Shown piece by piece: positions 11,801 through 24,976 of a stretch of 64,000 bases of DNA. The stretch's first letter is position 1. Each line of letters starts with the position of its first letter. The notes beneath the pieces were generated by a model. That model was not told the origin of the DNA. It did not search any database and was given only the letters and a program-made list of their open reading frames with translations. The position numbers and the translations under genes are program-made. Source of the DNA: Asterias rubens (lineage: Eukaryota); the NCBI RefSeq assembly GCF_902459465.1, contig NC_047068.1:6882001-6946000 (forward strand), read 5' to 3'.

Positions 11801-14800
11801 CCTGGCACACTCCAGTCCAGAGTTCGAAAAAGATTCCCAAATGCTGAATCATCTTTGAAGCTTTATCAATCTTTACCTTTCAATCATTTGTAATATTACT
11901 ATTTTTGTAAGATAACTTTGTATCGTTTGCATAACTATACCAGGTACTTGTTATTGGGTTGCTTGATAAAGAAATTAACATAGAATGACTGAACTTTGAA
12001 TTTTGTGGTGCAATCTTTTCAAGAGCAATTCTACAATAAATGAAGTTTGTGTCGGAATTTAGTTTGTTGACCTTATGGAATGGCTTGGCCATCACTAGGC
12101 CTAGCCATCACTAGACATTGTTATAAAATAGTTTTTATATTAAGAGATTCATTTAACACAACAGTATGCCCTTTGTGAGTGTTTTTGTTACCTTCCCCCT
12201 CCCCCTTTAAGGTGAAATGTTTTTATTTTATTTGCACTTAAAATTGAATTGACAAGCTGTTGAGTTGAAGCATATTTGCCAGTTGCAACTTTGTCAAAAA
12301 GGAAAAAGTTTCCTTAAAAATTATCCGCCTAAACTTGCAAAAAACATGTAAAGTTTACCGAATTTGGGTTCTGTTCCAATGAGTTGCAAACCCCAGTTGC
12401 TGTTAATATAGAATCCTGCATTTTACTCTCTGTTAAATACAAAGTTTGTGCTCAAGATACCGTTATTTTGATATAACGCTACTTGGTTGGTTCAAAGACG
12501 TTTATACCCAAAGGAAATTATGTTGTGCCTAGTAAAGTATAGTTTATGCCTACATGTAGGTAAGGTCATGGCCTACTCCTGAAATGCTCACAATAGTACA
12601 GGGGGTGTTTTTGTGATTAACATAAACATATCTTGAAGGTTAACTTGATATTAGACCTGCCACAGAACAGACTATCCTTACAGTGAATATTTTTGTCAGT
12701 ACTACATTATTGTTTGTTTGATATTTGAAGGTTGCACTTTTCATTTGTTTTCCTTCTTCATGCAGTCTGTTTCCAGAACAGTTCCTGGAGTAGGACTCTA
12801 CTTCTGCTCCCTTCATACACTCAAAACAAAGTTGGGGTGAGTTGTCATTACGACTTAATTATTTATCTTTGTTGAGTAGATTTGCAGCTGGAGTGTACAT
12901 GTAGTGACCTTTAGGGTGGATTATAGGCATGTGTTAGACCAAAATATTTTGATGGAGTTGATATTACCTTCTGAAATGCCGCTTAAACAGGCTTTACAGC
13001 CAGAAGAAAACAATTTTCCTCATATTTGTAAGTTAAGTGTGTTAAACACCTCAGTACTTCCTACTAGAGTGCTGCATCGTTAATATTTATACTAAAATAG
13101 TTTCATTACACTTAAAATTAGGATACAACATGTATGCATGGTCCTTATGGAAGTAACTTTAAATGGTTCATATCTGGGCTTATCTCCATTGCACTGTTTG
13201 CCACAAAGTGATTGTGCCCTGAGAAGCATCATGGACCCTGTAAAGTGCGCACTTCTGATGCTGTATCAGGGCGTAGTGCAGGATTATGATGAACCAGTGC
13301 ATTGAAATTGAGTCCTGCTGTGCAGTTGATATCTCATACGATAGTTAACTTTATTCATTACCCTACATGTATATCTACTACACGGGACTCATGTAAAACC
13401 GCTTTCAAAACAGACTTATTTAAATCTATCTAAGTTTGTTCAGTTTCTGCTATTTCATCACACTGAAAATCATCAATTTTTTTGTTTCATTGCGTAGAAA
13501 GCCGGCATGTTATTATTATTAATACTATTTATCCACAGATGGACGGATCCCAACCCATTACAAGCCATAACACTAGGCATGTTAGCACGCTGTGTAGCAG
13601 GAGGAATGATGCTCCCTGTCACAGTAGTCAAGACCCGCTATGAGGTGAGTCATCACATCCTATTGGTCACTTAGTAATGCTGGAATTCAAGAGGTCATAG
13701 TGAGGTCGCAGCCTTCAGTCTCGGGCCTACTGGCTATGACCTAATCCTTCACATTGATGTTAGAGATAAGGCTGGAGTTTTAAAATTTAGCAACATAAAA
13801 AATACAATGTTTTTTGTTACTTAGCCCTTTGATCCTTGGTTGTATGTCACTTTGTTGGGTAAAAGTCAATATATTCACAGTCTGACAGCCATGTATCACT
13901 TAATTGAATTGTTTAGACTAATGTTGGTCCCAAGAATAGCTTCATCAGATAACGTGTTTGTTCAGCCCGGTGTGAATGTCAAAGACATGTTGGGTTGTAT
14001 GTTTAATGTCAATGGCAGATTAGTATTTCATTTTCTAGGAATCTTGTTTCAATGTCGATATTTGTTTGGGACTTTCAATTTGTCATCTTTAAAATTTACA
14101 AGCTGGTTTTTAAGTTTCTCAAAACTGAAAAACACTTTATGAAACCTTGCTATATTCTGGCACTTTCCTCTTCCTGGACAAACCGCAGTGGTATTTCTAT
14201 ATTCGGGAGTTTTACAAATTCCAAAAATTTACAAAAATTGTACAACTTTTGTAGCTATGATTTTTTTTTAGGATTAAAAAAGGATTGCCTCAGTAACAAA
14301 CCTTGCTCAGAGCTTAGTTGTTAAATAGTTGTGGGTTACATCTCTCAATCATGGCAAAAGAATGTTACAAACATACAATGATGACACGCTAGAATTGAAG
14401 ATAACTGATTTCCTTTGAAAACTGATATTTCAGAGCGAAGCTTACCAGTACAAGACAGTCAGAGGAGCTTTGAAGAGTATCTACAACACCGAAGGTACTA
14501 AAGGTAAGCAATATCATGGAAATATTCGTTTTTGTTTACCTGTTGTTATTTGTCAATAAGCAAATACTAGACGGTTGTAGTGAATCAAAAAATACCTAGC
14601 TTGCTCAAGGCAGTCAAATTATTCACTCCGAAAAAAGACAGCCTCTGTAAAAGCCCACTCTTATACACTGTGGCCGTTGAACAGTGGGCGTTGAGCGATG
14701 TGACAGTGTATACTGTAAGGTCGTGCGGTATGATTACACACGCTAAGCACAGTGTATACAGGTGGGTTTACAGCAGCGTCTTTTCGGAGTGAATGATGCG

Positions 14801-17800
14801 ACTGCCTTGAGCAAGGCTAACAAATACCGGGCATGATATTCCTCCTATTTAGTCTGAAATTGTATTTAATCCTAAACCACATATTTATATAGGTCAGCCA
14901 TTGTTCTAAAGCAATTTTTCCAAAGACCAAAACTCAAACCTGTAATACGTAAAAGAAAAACTGTCAAATTTCACAAAGTATTGTCAAGCTGGGACACTAT
15001 GTAGTTGTTGGTGTGTTGTTTTTTGTTCAATAATTCCTATGCTTTCTCTCTCCATAGGTCTATTCAGTGGAATGGCAGCCACTCTATTGCGAGATGCCCC
15101 CTTCTCAGGAATCTATCTACTGTTTTACACACAGACCAAGAAAGCAATACCCCCAGGTGAGTGTTCTATGCCCATCCCACCCCGGTAATTCAGTGACACT
15201 CTGTTGTTGGTCTATTCTTGCTTGCAAAACAAGAAAGTCAATTCTCATCTGTGATTTGGGGGAAACCAGCTTTCGTATTTCAACCAAAATTGAATACATA
15301 CATTGCATTTGTTTTCAATAACTAAACGCAAGATACCCATATACAGAGTGTCACACCACTGACAGGTAAGGTGAAAGTAGCTGGTTTTTGTTTTTCTGTC
15401 CACTGACTAATTTGGAATTTTCTTTTACATTGATAACAACTGAACTTTCAGGTTAAACATGCAAAACTTCTTCTTCGAGTGTCTTGCGGTTCATCTACCT
15501 GTTGTATGGAGGAATGTCGGCCAAACAAGTTGAGGACGGTTACGGTGCGGCGATCAATAAACCATGGCTGTCCCACCTGAACTCTCCAGAACTGTGACGC
15601 TTAGCCACGGGTTTGTAATGGTTAACTTAACTGCAAAGGTTAAAGTATTGAACAGTCGGCAAGTGTTGGGAAAAGGGGGTCTTGGTCGTCTGATAAAGAG
15701 AAAAGGGAATTGCAGATGGTTCTACGTCATTCACACACGCTTACACACACACACTCATGGATACTACATGACTGGATTACGTCATTTAATTGGTCTGTAT
15801 AAAACCAGTGACACTTTGTCATGAAAGGATCATTAAAGAGATTGTGCAAAATTGGTCGACACCAAAATTGCACCTTCCCTGAAACCAGAAATCGTACTTA
15901 GTTTTTTTTGCAATTTCCTGGCAAATTTTCACTGTAGTTTTTTGTTTTCTTTTTGTGCATGCTATTTTTTATCGGCTCGTTGGTGTATGGTCATACATGT
16001 ATTGTGTGAAATTGTCTTGTATGTGTTAAGAAATTTCTTACATCTTTTGCTGGAAAGGGGTGGGGTGGCGTAAAATGTCCCTGTGAATGTATTCAGTTGA
16101 TTTGAATTAATATTTCCTAAAAGAGAAATTATCAACATGTTTGACGGATATTGGCAATATCATTTTTCACAGTTCAGTAGCTGTTACAAACATAAAATTA
16201 AAATAAAGAACACATGCATCTTATTGAAAGTCATCACGCCAGATGGCGAACAAGAATCCTGTCTTGTGTCTGCCAGGCCTCTCAAGTTGTTCTCAAAATT
16301 CTAAGAAAGATGCCAGGCAGTGGAGTCAATTCTGTTAGCACAGTCTTTGTCTTGTGTTGTGTTTTGTTAATGTCAAAGTTTGTTCTGTCAGTAGTGCACA
16401 TCTGGCGAAAAAAAATCAACAAATTTGTGCCTTCACTGCTCAATAAGTTCATGCTACACTTTGAAATGATTTTCTAAAATGGTCTCAGTTTCTGTAGCTT
16501 GCAAAGGTTTGCTTACTGCTCCATGCCTCCCCCTTCCTCCTTCTTGTCTATAGTCTAAGGACAAAGCTTTTGTGTGTGCTTGCTTGTTTTTTATAGGGGA
16601 GTGGGCTGTTTTTTTTTCTCCATATTACATCATAAATAATCCTTAGCAAAGCAAGAATCTGTTAGAGTTTTTATTGCAACATTTTTATTCTAAATAAATT
16701 ATGAATGAGGCTGGTCATGGTCTTGGTCTTGGTTGGAAAGAGTGTAGGTCTTGGTTGTAGTGTCCAAAACTCAGCAGTTTAGTTCAATGAAACCGACTTA
16801 TTATAAGTGAAAGTATGATTAACGTAAAGTTGTTGGTGTGTTGCAGAACCTGACTCCAAGCAAACATTTTGCCCATTGTGCTTCCAGTTCCGCCAATGTG
16901 TAGAAAAGAAATAACCAGCGTTTTGCTAATATTGTCTAGTTTATTTGAATTGTCGAATGACAAATAGTCTGAAAACATCACTTGCGGAGTACTTATCCAG
17001 TGTTGACTTGTTACCCGTTTGATTTTTGAGAATACAATTTGCCCAACAGATTGATGCAAAAAAAAAAACACGCCGTCGTTTACTTGGCACAGCTTTAATG
17101 TTAACATTCTCAACAGATTTGTCATCCAAAATGTCAACCAAATGTTCGCGATATTGCCAATCCAAATGATGCCATTGGACATACCAATGGAGTCGAGTAT
17201 CCAGTGGTGTTGCATATATAGCACACATACATGGAGTAGATTATAAGAAACATACATGCACATCCAGGGTTCTGAGTAGAGCCTGGATGAGTACTCTTGC
17301 TGCATGGAATGAGACTAATGGTCCACGACTGAGGTCATGTTATTAACAATTCTTTTCTTTCTCAAAATCATTCCACAAGAAAGGCCGACAGAAAAAGTTC
17401 ATACAAGAAATTATGCTTACAACATTAGAGATGCATATTCTGTGTTTTTCAGGAATAAGATGCGTGTCTGGACTTTTGACATGGATCTGTCTCACTTAGT
17501 GTGATTAATTATATATTTTCTTATGCAGGGTTTATATGTGTAGAAGGATCTAAAGTACTTTGCGTACTACGTCCTCTACACTAGAAATTCAACAACTTGT
17601 CTGTTGATGTTATCAAAAAGATGGGAAACGAATTGTTTTTATAAAGGTGGAGAAAATGCTGGGAAACCAGTCGCCTTTCTCAAACCTCGGCTTAGGCTTC
17701 AGCTCCAAGCTCCGTCTGCTGATGCTCAAACCACCGCTTGGAAAATACAAGCTGCTCCCCAAAAAGGAAAAAGGGATGAAGGCTGAGCTGCATTTCCACT

Positions 17801-19078
17801 GCGTACGTAGCGTGTAGCCAGAGATGGAGCCCAAGCTGAGGTTTGAGAAAGGCCCCAGGCTTGGCAGGGAATATGCATCTCTAACTCTTTAAAAATTTTT
17901 ATATCGAACAGGCAGGCTGAACTTGATGTTTCATGCCATTCATAGATGGTTCATGCCATTCATATAAGCACAGTGTGGAACTATTTGTGTCGAGTTACAT
18001 ACGGCATGTTCTAGTAATTAACGTCTGTTTCGTTTCTGTTGTAGATATTTCGATATGTCACCATAATAATGATCATTATTCAAGTCCTGTTTCCGAGAAT
18101 CAGGATATTGTCCATGAAACAATGATTCTAACTTGAGATGATGCTTTATTTTTAAGATTCACTAAACCATGTATTTCATCAACGTCTTGTCCATTGCTCT
18201 TGTTTCTTTTCAGATATGATAACCCCCCATATGATGCCCACCATCAACTTCTCGTCAGGCCTGCTGGCAGGGGTTTTAGCGTCGGCGGTCACCCAACCGG
18301 CCGATGTCATCAAAACCCACATGCAACTCTACCCCCAAAAACATAAGAAGGTTATGGCCACAGTGCAGTATGTTATCAAGGTAAGATGAAATACAGTGTA
18401 AATGGTAGAACCTAAAAGCATCAACTGTAGGACAATTAAGAAACTAAATTTGTTTTTTTGATTCCGAAAGTATTGTGAAACAATTATCTGCTTATGAAAA
18501 TTAACAAAAGCACAGTCACAAGTAGTAATACCCATGACATGATATTTTGGCTGGTAAAATTTTTCTGTGAGGCACTATTATCTATTTTTAGTTGGTCTGC
18601 ACATTTGCAATTTATTTTTGCTTGCAAAGTTTCAGAGCTTCTAGTGTTCAAAAATCCATGCTGTGTGTTTTCTCGCTCTCCTGCCTTTTTTCATGTGTGT
18701 GTTTTATCATTGTTGTTAAATGTTTGTGTTTTATTGTCGTTGCAGAAAAGTGGAGTGAACGGCCTGTTCCGAGGCATGTTGCCTAGGTGCTTAAGGAGGA
18801 CACTGATGGCCTCTCTGGCATGGACAGTATATGAACAGGTAATGCAGGCATGGTTTGAATATAGGAGGGGATTCAATTAATTGTGGCCCTCTGTAAGTTG
18901 ATGGTTCATAATTGAAAGAAGTGACTCGGAGTTACTGCATTGGTAGTATCTTCACTACTTTGCCTCATATTTTCTGTGCCATTGGTTTAATGTAGTTCAT
19001 TCAACAATTGTGATTATTAATTTCAGATCATTTGCCTTCCTTTCATTGCAGGTGATAGTAAAGTTCGGCCTGAAGTAG
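8863..19078 (+). CDS. SLC25A38: Mitochondrial glycine transporter SLC25A38, 9 coding exons, 299 aa
   Basis: Exons 8863-8931, 10845-11042, 12766-12836, 13539-13644, 14434-14503, 15058-15156, 18214-18380, 18746-18838, 19052-19078; total 900 nt, all GT-AG, phases consistent. Three carrier signature repeats ([33 protein letters not shown]) plus family motifs [22 protein letters not shown] and [19 protein letters not shown]. Confidence 0.95.
10596..10757. mobile_element. PIF/Harbinger-like MITE, family M, TTA target duplication
   Basis: TIR agcctggttcatacttcctgc...gcaggaagtatgaaccgtgct with TTA on both sides. Second copy at 34697-34866; partial copy at about 55210-55298. Confidence 0.8.
17671..17864. 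mobile_element. MITE in SLC25A38 intron 6
   Basis: cctttctcaaacctcggcttaggcttc ... ggagcccaagctgaggtttgagaaagg form an inverted pair. A related fragment lies at about 54645-54675. Confidence 0.65.
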
Positions 19079-22000
19079 CCGCAACATCCGGCTTGTCCGC
19101 ACTCTCTATGTCTCATAGGAGTCTAAAGCCTGAAATGGAAAAAGACCTCCAGCAGGTTATCCTGCCTGGAGGGAAGCCTTCACATTGGAAGTGATGGCCA
19201 GAGGATGGAGAAAGAAAGCCCTGTAATACAGTGGTTGAAATGTAAAATAAAACATATTGTAGTCGTTTAAAAGTGTTTAATCTGAAAATCATCTGCCAGT
19301 GGTCACATCCGAGCTTGGTTCAAATAAGCTTCAAATAAATTATAGTAAAAAGTATTTCAAGTGGGAAATAAAACTTACAATAGATCCTAAAACTAAAAAT
19401 GCATGATTGGTATTTGCACAGCCTCTTAAAGCCTTGGGTTTGGTGTTCACTTAATGCAAGGAAGGTGCAATAATAATAGGTAAACACACTTAAGAATGTA
19501 TTTTAAAAGAAAAGTACAATGTATTCAAATGAGTCTTATTCTTGTGACATTTTTACATGTACATTTAGTTTTCAGTATTATTTAGTTGTGTAGCCAACAA
19601 GGTTTTTCGCTGGAATATTAAAAAGCAATTAAAATGCTATTTATAAAACGCAACATCTCAGAACCTATTTAAAAAGAGTGTATTTAGTTTTATGATATAT
19701 TTGTTAACTTCCTGAAACTATTAGTTACCTCAAACCCACGTTTATTCCCCAAGGCCTTAAGAGGTTGCAGACATTGATTGATGTGGAATTCTAAATTTTC
19801 TGCCAGATAACGAAATTTGAATGGAATTTGAGCCAAGCTTAACAAATTTAGATGCATTGTTGAAAATGGTGTGACTGCGTGTAATACTGGTGTGTGAATT
19901 TTTAATGTGTCCCCCCCCCCCATTTTGTCCTAATTTTGTTTTCTATATTTTCTTCTTTATTTGATTGGGGTGGGGGTGTTTATTTTTAATTTGAAATCAT
20001 TCAACACTGAAATTTCCAGATTCTGTACCTATAAGCTGCACAAGGCAGGGTTATAAAAAAACTTGTCCAAGATGTAAATATATCATTAAAAAAAAAAAAA
20101 AAATGAAATGTACAGAAAGTATTTTACGTTAGTCTTATTGCTTTGCATAATTAATTATTTTGTTTAGAAACGCACAAAGCAAAGTGATACAAAGTCTGAG
20201 AAATCTGAGTGTTGACGGTTGAGTATTGTACATAAGTTGATGTTGGCCGTCTAAGGCCGATTTATTGTTATTGAAACGGACGATTCTGTTATACCAATTT
20301 ATTTCTTCATTGTCACATTGTACAGTTTAAAAAATAATGACAGTGGGGAATGCTTGAAGATACTAATACAAGCTGCTCGTTGAAAACTCATAATTAGAAT
20401 AGTTAACAAGTTTTTATTGTCTGAAATCATTGTGAATGAGTGAGATACGGCGGTAGAAGTTATTAAAAGCCTGTGCATAAAAATATTATTTGGAGCATAC
20501 CAAGTTTACAATGATAATCACAATATGTCGACATTGAAAATTGGGACTACATGTGTACTAATGACGGCCAAGCCGTGTACTTGAAAGGTATTGCATTTTG
20601 TACACGTTCACTTTTAAACCCTGTAGAGAATATAACGCATTGAACCTTATTTTGCACATGATTGGAAATATACACCATTGTGCATTGATTGGTTTCATAA
20701 AATAATTAGCCAGTAAACCAGTTGGGTTATCTTTCAATTCTGAATACAACTCAAGAGAGTGATTTTCTAAATACAAGAGTGACTTGACTTATTTTCTGTA
20801 CCGGTAGTTCTGGGCGCCAATTGGCACAATGGGTATGGTGTGCATGAGCTGATCAAATGATCATGGATGCCTCATTATGACTTTCAGTACAATTGACACA
20901 AGTCTTGCGTTGATTTGAACATTGAGAACTGTTTTAGTGCGTGCTTCTTTCCAGATGCAACTGTTTATGGGCCAGACTTGCACAGTCTACAGTGGTAGAT
21001 AACTTATCGGCACCAATATTTCCACACCATTTTTCAGATGTGGCGATCGGTGGGAACTTTTTTTTTGAAAACTCAATGCCAATGTTTTTTGAAATAATTG
21101 AACATGTTCATAATGCATACAAAGTGGCATTAATCATGAAAATCTGGTGCATCTTTTTTGTGTTTAAGCCAGTACTGGTTCATGCAGGAGTGACTCCAGT
21201 ATTTAGTCTTATAGGAACTGATCATGTATGGAATGTTGACTGTGTGTATAGATCGTGCAAGTCCAATTTCCTTTGGGTTCGCATTGCTTGTAAATGATAA
21301 AAAACTATGCACTTTAATGGATCCCAATGGAATGTGCACAAGACTTGCACAATCTATTGTTGAGGTTTCAACTCTTTATTACCTAGACTCGCGTCAAAAG
21401 CGAGAAACTAAATCTTGCTGTATTGTTATCGTTATGCGGTTAGCATGACAACCTTTTACATTATTGTACATACAACAGAGCTTTAAGCTGTCATGCAGTG
21501 TGTCGTATTGTTGGACGAACCAGCAGTGCATTATTACAAATTGAATTACAGAAACAGTTAAATATTTTCATTTTTAGGGTGTTCTTTTTAATTTTTAGGA
21601 GACTTGGAAATTTTGAGGAGGCAAATTTGCTGTAACATTCCCCTTGTGTACACAAAGTAGACTTGTCTCTACAAAAAATATGTATTGCTTGTTAAGAAAT
21701 ACATTTAAGTGACTACCTAAAGACTGACTGAAACAGGCGCTAACTAACTTGCTACGGCATCTTATAAGTAAAGTACATAAAAGGGCATTATCAATTGGCA
21801 TTACAGCTAATACTTCTAAAATGTAGTGCATGAAATGTTAACCCTCATAAGTTTTCTTGATAAATCTTGCACAAAGTCAAGATACCTTGTGTAATTCGAC
21901 ATGAATAATTAAAGTGTTTTATACTGCAGCTGTACTATTATCAGGCATTGTGTAATTATTATTATTGAAAATAACACTTGTAAATATTTAATAAATGCCA

Positions 22001-23499
22001 AGTACAGCTACAGTGGTGTTAAGAAAATAATTATTTTAATTAATTTTTTTTTGCCAAATAAACAATACTTGTAATTGATTTTGTGTACATTTGTATTTTT
22101 TTTTCTTCAAGTCCTTTGTATGCACATTGAAATAATACTTGAAATTAACAACGCTTGAGGAGAAAAAGAAATAGCAATGTGATCGATCATGAAACAAGCA
22201 CTTGTGGAATTACGGACAAATATTCGTTTCTACATGCATCCGATGTATAATATATTATGTATAATATATTATGTCTAAAAAAAACAAGTTGGATGGATAT
22301 TTTTTTTATGCAAAGAAGGCAGGCCATAAATTTGTATTACTCTACATTATTATGAAGACTTTAGCAAACTGGATGCCCAGCTGAAAATGGAACATCCCCT
22401 TTTCTAAATGATGTCTGATTTTGTTATGTACATGTACATGTATTGTGTATGCACACCATACATGACCCTTGCAGATGCTCGAAAATTGTACCAAGAGTAG
22501 GAGGGTCAAGAGTAGTTTTTACAAGTAGCCACTGATTGTATCCCAAGTTCACTATTTGCACCAATGTCACATGCAGCTAATCACAGGGAAGTGGCGGGCA
22601 TGGTGTCTGATTTCAATTGCTCTTGGGGAAAAGTCTGAAAAATTGTCTTGTGATAATAGCCTGATTGTCTGATGTTAGGCATGTGAGAGTTCCTCTTTTC
22701 AGCTGATTTCCTCTTTTGGGGTTTTTTATTATCCTCTTTTTCTCTTCACTTTCTGTGTACAAAAGTATAGGAATATTATCTTTTCCACTTTTTTTCTTGC
22801 CCGGTTTTCTCTTTTCTCTTTTTCTCTTTTTTTCATGACTAGTTACTCACATGCCTATGGAGGCCTACATGTAGGTCAGCCATTGTACTCTATGAATATT
22901 CTTGCTTTTTTTCCCAAGAACCAAATACGCCCGAGTGGTGATAATGGCAAAAACATGATCGAGGTGTTCGCTGAATAAAGTCAGGTGGGCCTCCTCGTAT
23001 GCGTGGGAAGGAGAAACACCCTAACAATAAATACAAAATTCAAAGGGATTCCTTTTTTCTTTTTTACAAAACTTCTCAACCTGACAACCAAAGTATTGGA
23101 CTGACAATAGCTCCATCAAAGTCTTATACAAAGCATTCATTGTTGAGAACAATGATATTGCGAGGAGCTGTGTTCAGTTCTGGCTGAAGCACAGCATATA
23201 GTGTGTGGACATGATAAGAAGAAGAATTGTTGCATGTACACAATGACCATGTAAAATATAATAGAATTGTTTGGTGAACATGACTACAACACAAACTGGA
23301 CTAAACCAACATCACTTCCATTTACTCTTCACAGGTGTATTTATAGCAATAACTCTACAGGGGCTACCTAACCTTTTATAGGCAGTGGACACTATTGGTA
23401 AATTTAAAACTGTCAAACTATAAACCAAACCAAAAAACAAGACTTTGTACAGGTGGAGCTATAAACCACCTAACCAAGAACAAGTATTTCCTGTTAAAC

Positions 23500-23527
23500 C
23501 ATGGAGGGTTCCTTTCCTTCCTCCATG
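23500..23527. mobile_element. 28-bp remnant of a P-like element (TIR tips only)
   Basis: catggagggttcctttccttcctccatg flanked by GTTAAAC/GTTAGAC (7 bp, 1 mismatch). Same termini as the 630-bp element at 32204-32833. Confidence 0.65.
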
Positions 23528-23686
23528 GTTAGACACACATTAGACCACTGCACAGTCTATCAATATAGACTCATTTAAATATGGGCTAAACCCCAACCTT
23601 GTCCCACTTCACACTTTCCTGTATCGACTAGATCTATTTTAATACTGGTATGGTCCAATGCATCGCGACGGTTCACCTTGCATTAA

Positions 23687-23993
23687 AGGAACATGTCAGA
23701 ATTGTTTTTTTGCTAAAACAAAACAGTTGCTGGCAGTGTAAGCACTTTATGTAATCCACCATATATAAACTGACAAACCTGATCGATCGGCCATCTGGGT
23801 CACGAAAAAATAATGAAAAACCGATTACACATTTTGCCAAAATTAGTTTTATTTTTTTCTCTCATCAAGTATGACATTTCAGACAGAAATATTTCAAGGG
23901 ATGTGTTTCACTATCAACACCATTGGACCGTGAAAGTTTATGTAAATCTGTGACCTTAGAGAAGTTTTTTCTTACCAATTCTGTAACGTTCCT
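23687..23993. mobile_element. TTAA-flanked non-autonomous DNA transposon (Kolobok-like), family K4
   Basis: TTAA|aggaacatgtcagaattg ... caattctgtaacgttcct|TTAA. Confidence 0.75.
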
Positions 23994-24462
23994 TTAACAA
24001 CCAGATGCCTCCATATAGCCCCACACCCTCCCAAAATAAAACAGCCAGTTATACACCACTGATGATTAGTCTTGGGAAGAGTAAACTCATTCATTCCCAT
24101 TCTCTAGTTCATAAACACACTATCCAATCAACCCATTGCGACTAAAGAAATGTGTGGGTTTTTGGGGTGTTTTTTTGGGGGGGGGTCATCAAATGCTATT
24201 TTGCACAAATGGTACTACTAGTTTTGCCTTTAAAACCAATGGTGTTTGAAAGTGCACACAACCAACGTTCAAATAATACACTGCACACTGAAAATTTGCA
24301 CTGAATAAACATTTAGAGGGCACTGTCACTAGTTTTATTTTGCCCACCAATATCTAGGGAACAAAATTACGCACAGCGCCCTCTATGTCATTCATTATAA
24401 ATGTACAGTGAGGTGCACACAGATCTGAATGCACAAACACCATGGTCTTGAACCAAGGGGGT

Positions 24463-24590
24463 CAGGGGTGGATTTCACAAAGAGTTAAGACTAGCCTTAT
24501 CTCGTTAGGACTAGCCGTACATATTTTAAAATCTCCTAGGACTAGTTCTAAGTTAGGACCTGTCCTAACTCTTTGTGAAATCAACCCCTG
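24463..24590. mobile_element. MITE with ggggtggatttcacaaagagtta TIRs
   Basis: caggggtggatttcacaaagagtta ... taactctttgtgaaatcaacccctg. Confidence 0.7.
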
Positions 24591-24652
24591 GCTACTTTTT
24601 GTAACACAAAACACAATGTGTTACAACAAGCACCCAAGTCCTATTAATACTG

Positions 24653-24803
24653 GGTGCGGTCGTTTAGCTTCCCTGGGTCAACCCCGGTGTGTGGCGTGTT
24701 TTGTTTTCCAGGACGAACGTGGGTAATTATCTGCACACGTTCGCTCTGGAAAGAAAAAACGCCACACGACGGGGTCGACCCAGGGAAGCTAAACGAACGC
24801 ACC
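24653..24803. mobile_element. Foldback MITE, near-perfect hairpin of about 150 bp
   Basis: ggtgcggtcgtttagcttccctgggtcaacccc...ggggtcgacccagggaagctaaacgaacgcacc; arms pair almost to the centre. Confidence 0.8.
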
Positions 24804-24976
24804 AACAATGTGCTACATACATGTGTTTCATAATTCAAACAAAGCTAATGAATACTTGTCCTGAAAATACTGAGCGCTTTATGAGACGCCCGTCAGGTGT
24901 GACATCAAGGCCACAATATTATTACTGTTATTACTAATTACTATTTCTGTACATTGATTTCTAAGATATACTTCTG

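Noticed and set aside
18839-18880. Alternative SLC25A38 C-terminus by read-through ([13 protein letters not shown])
   Set aside because: A canonical CAG|GTAATG donor and a downstream exon giving the family-like VIVKFGLK* explain it better.
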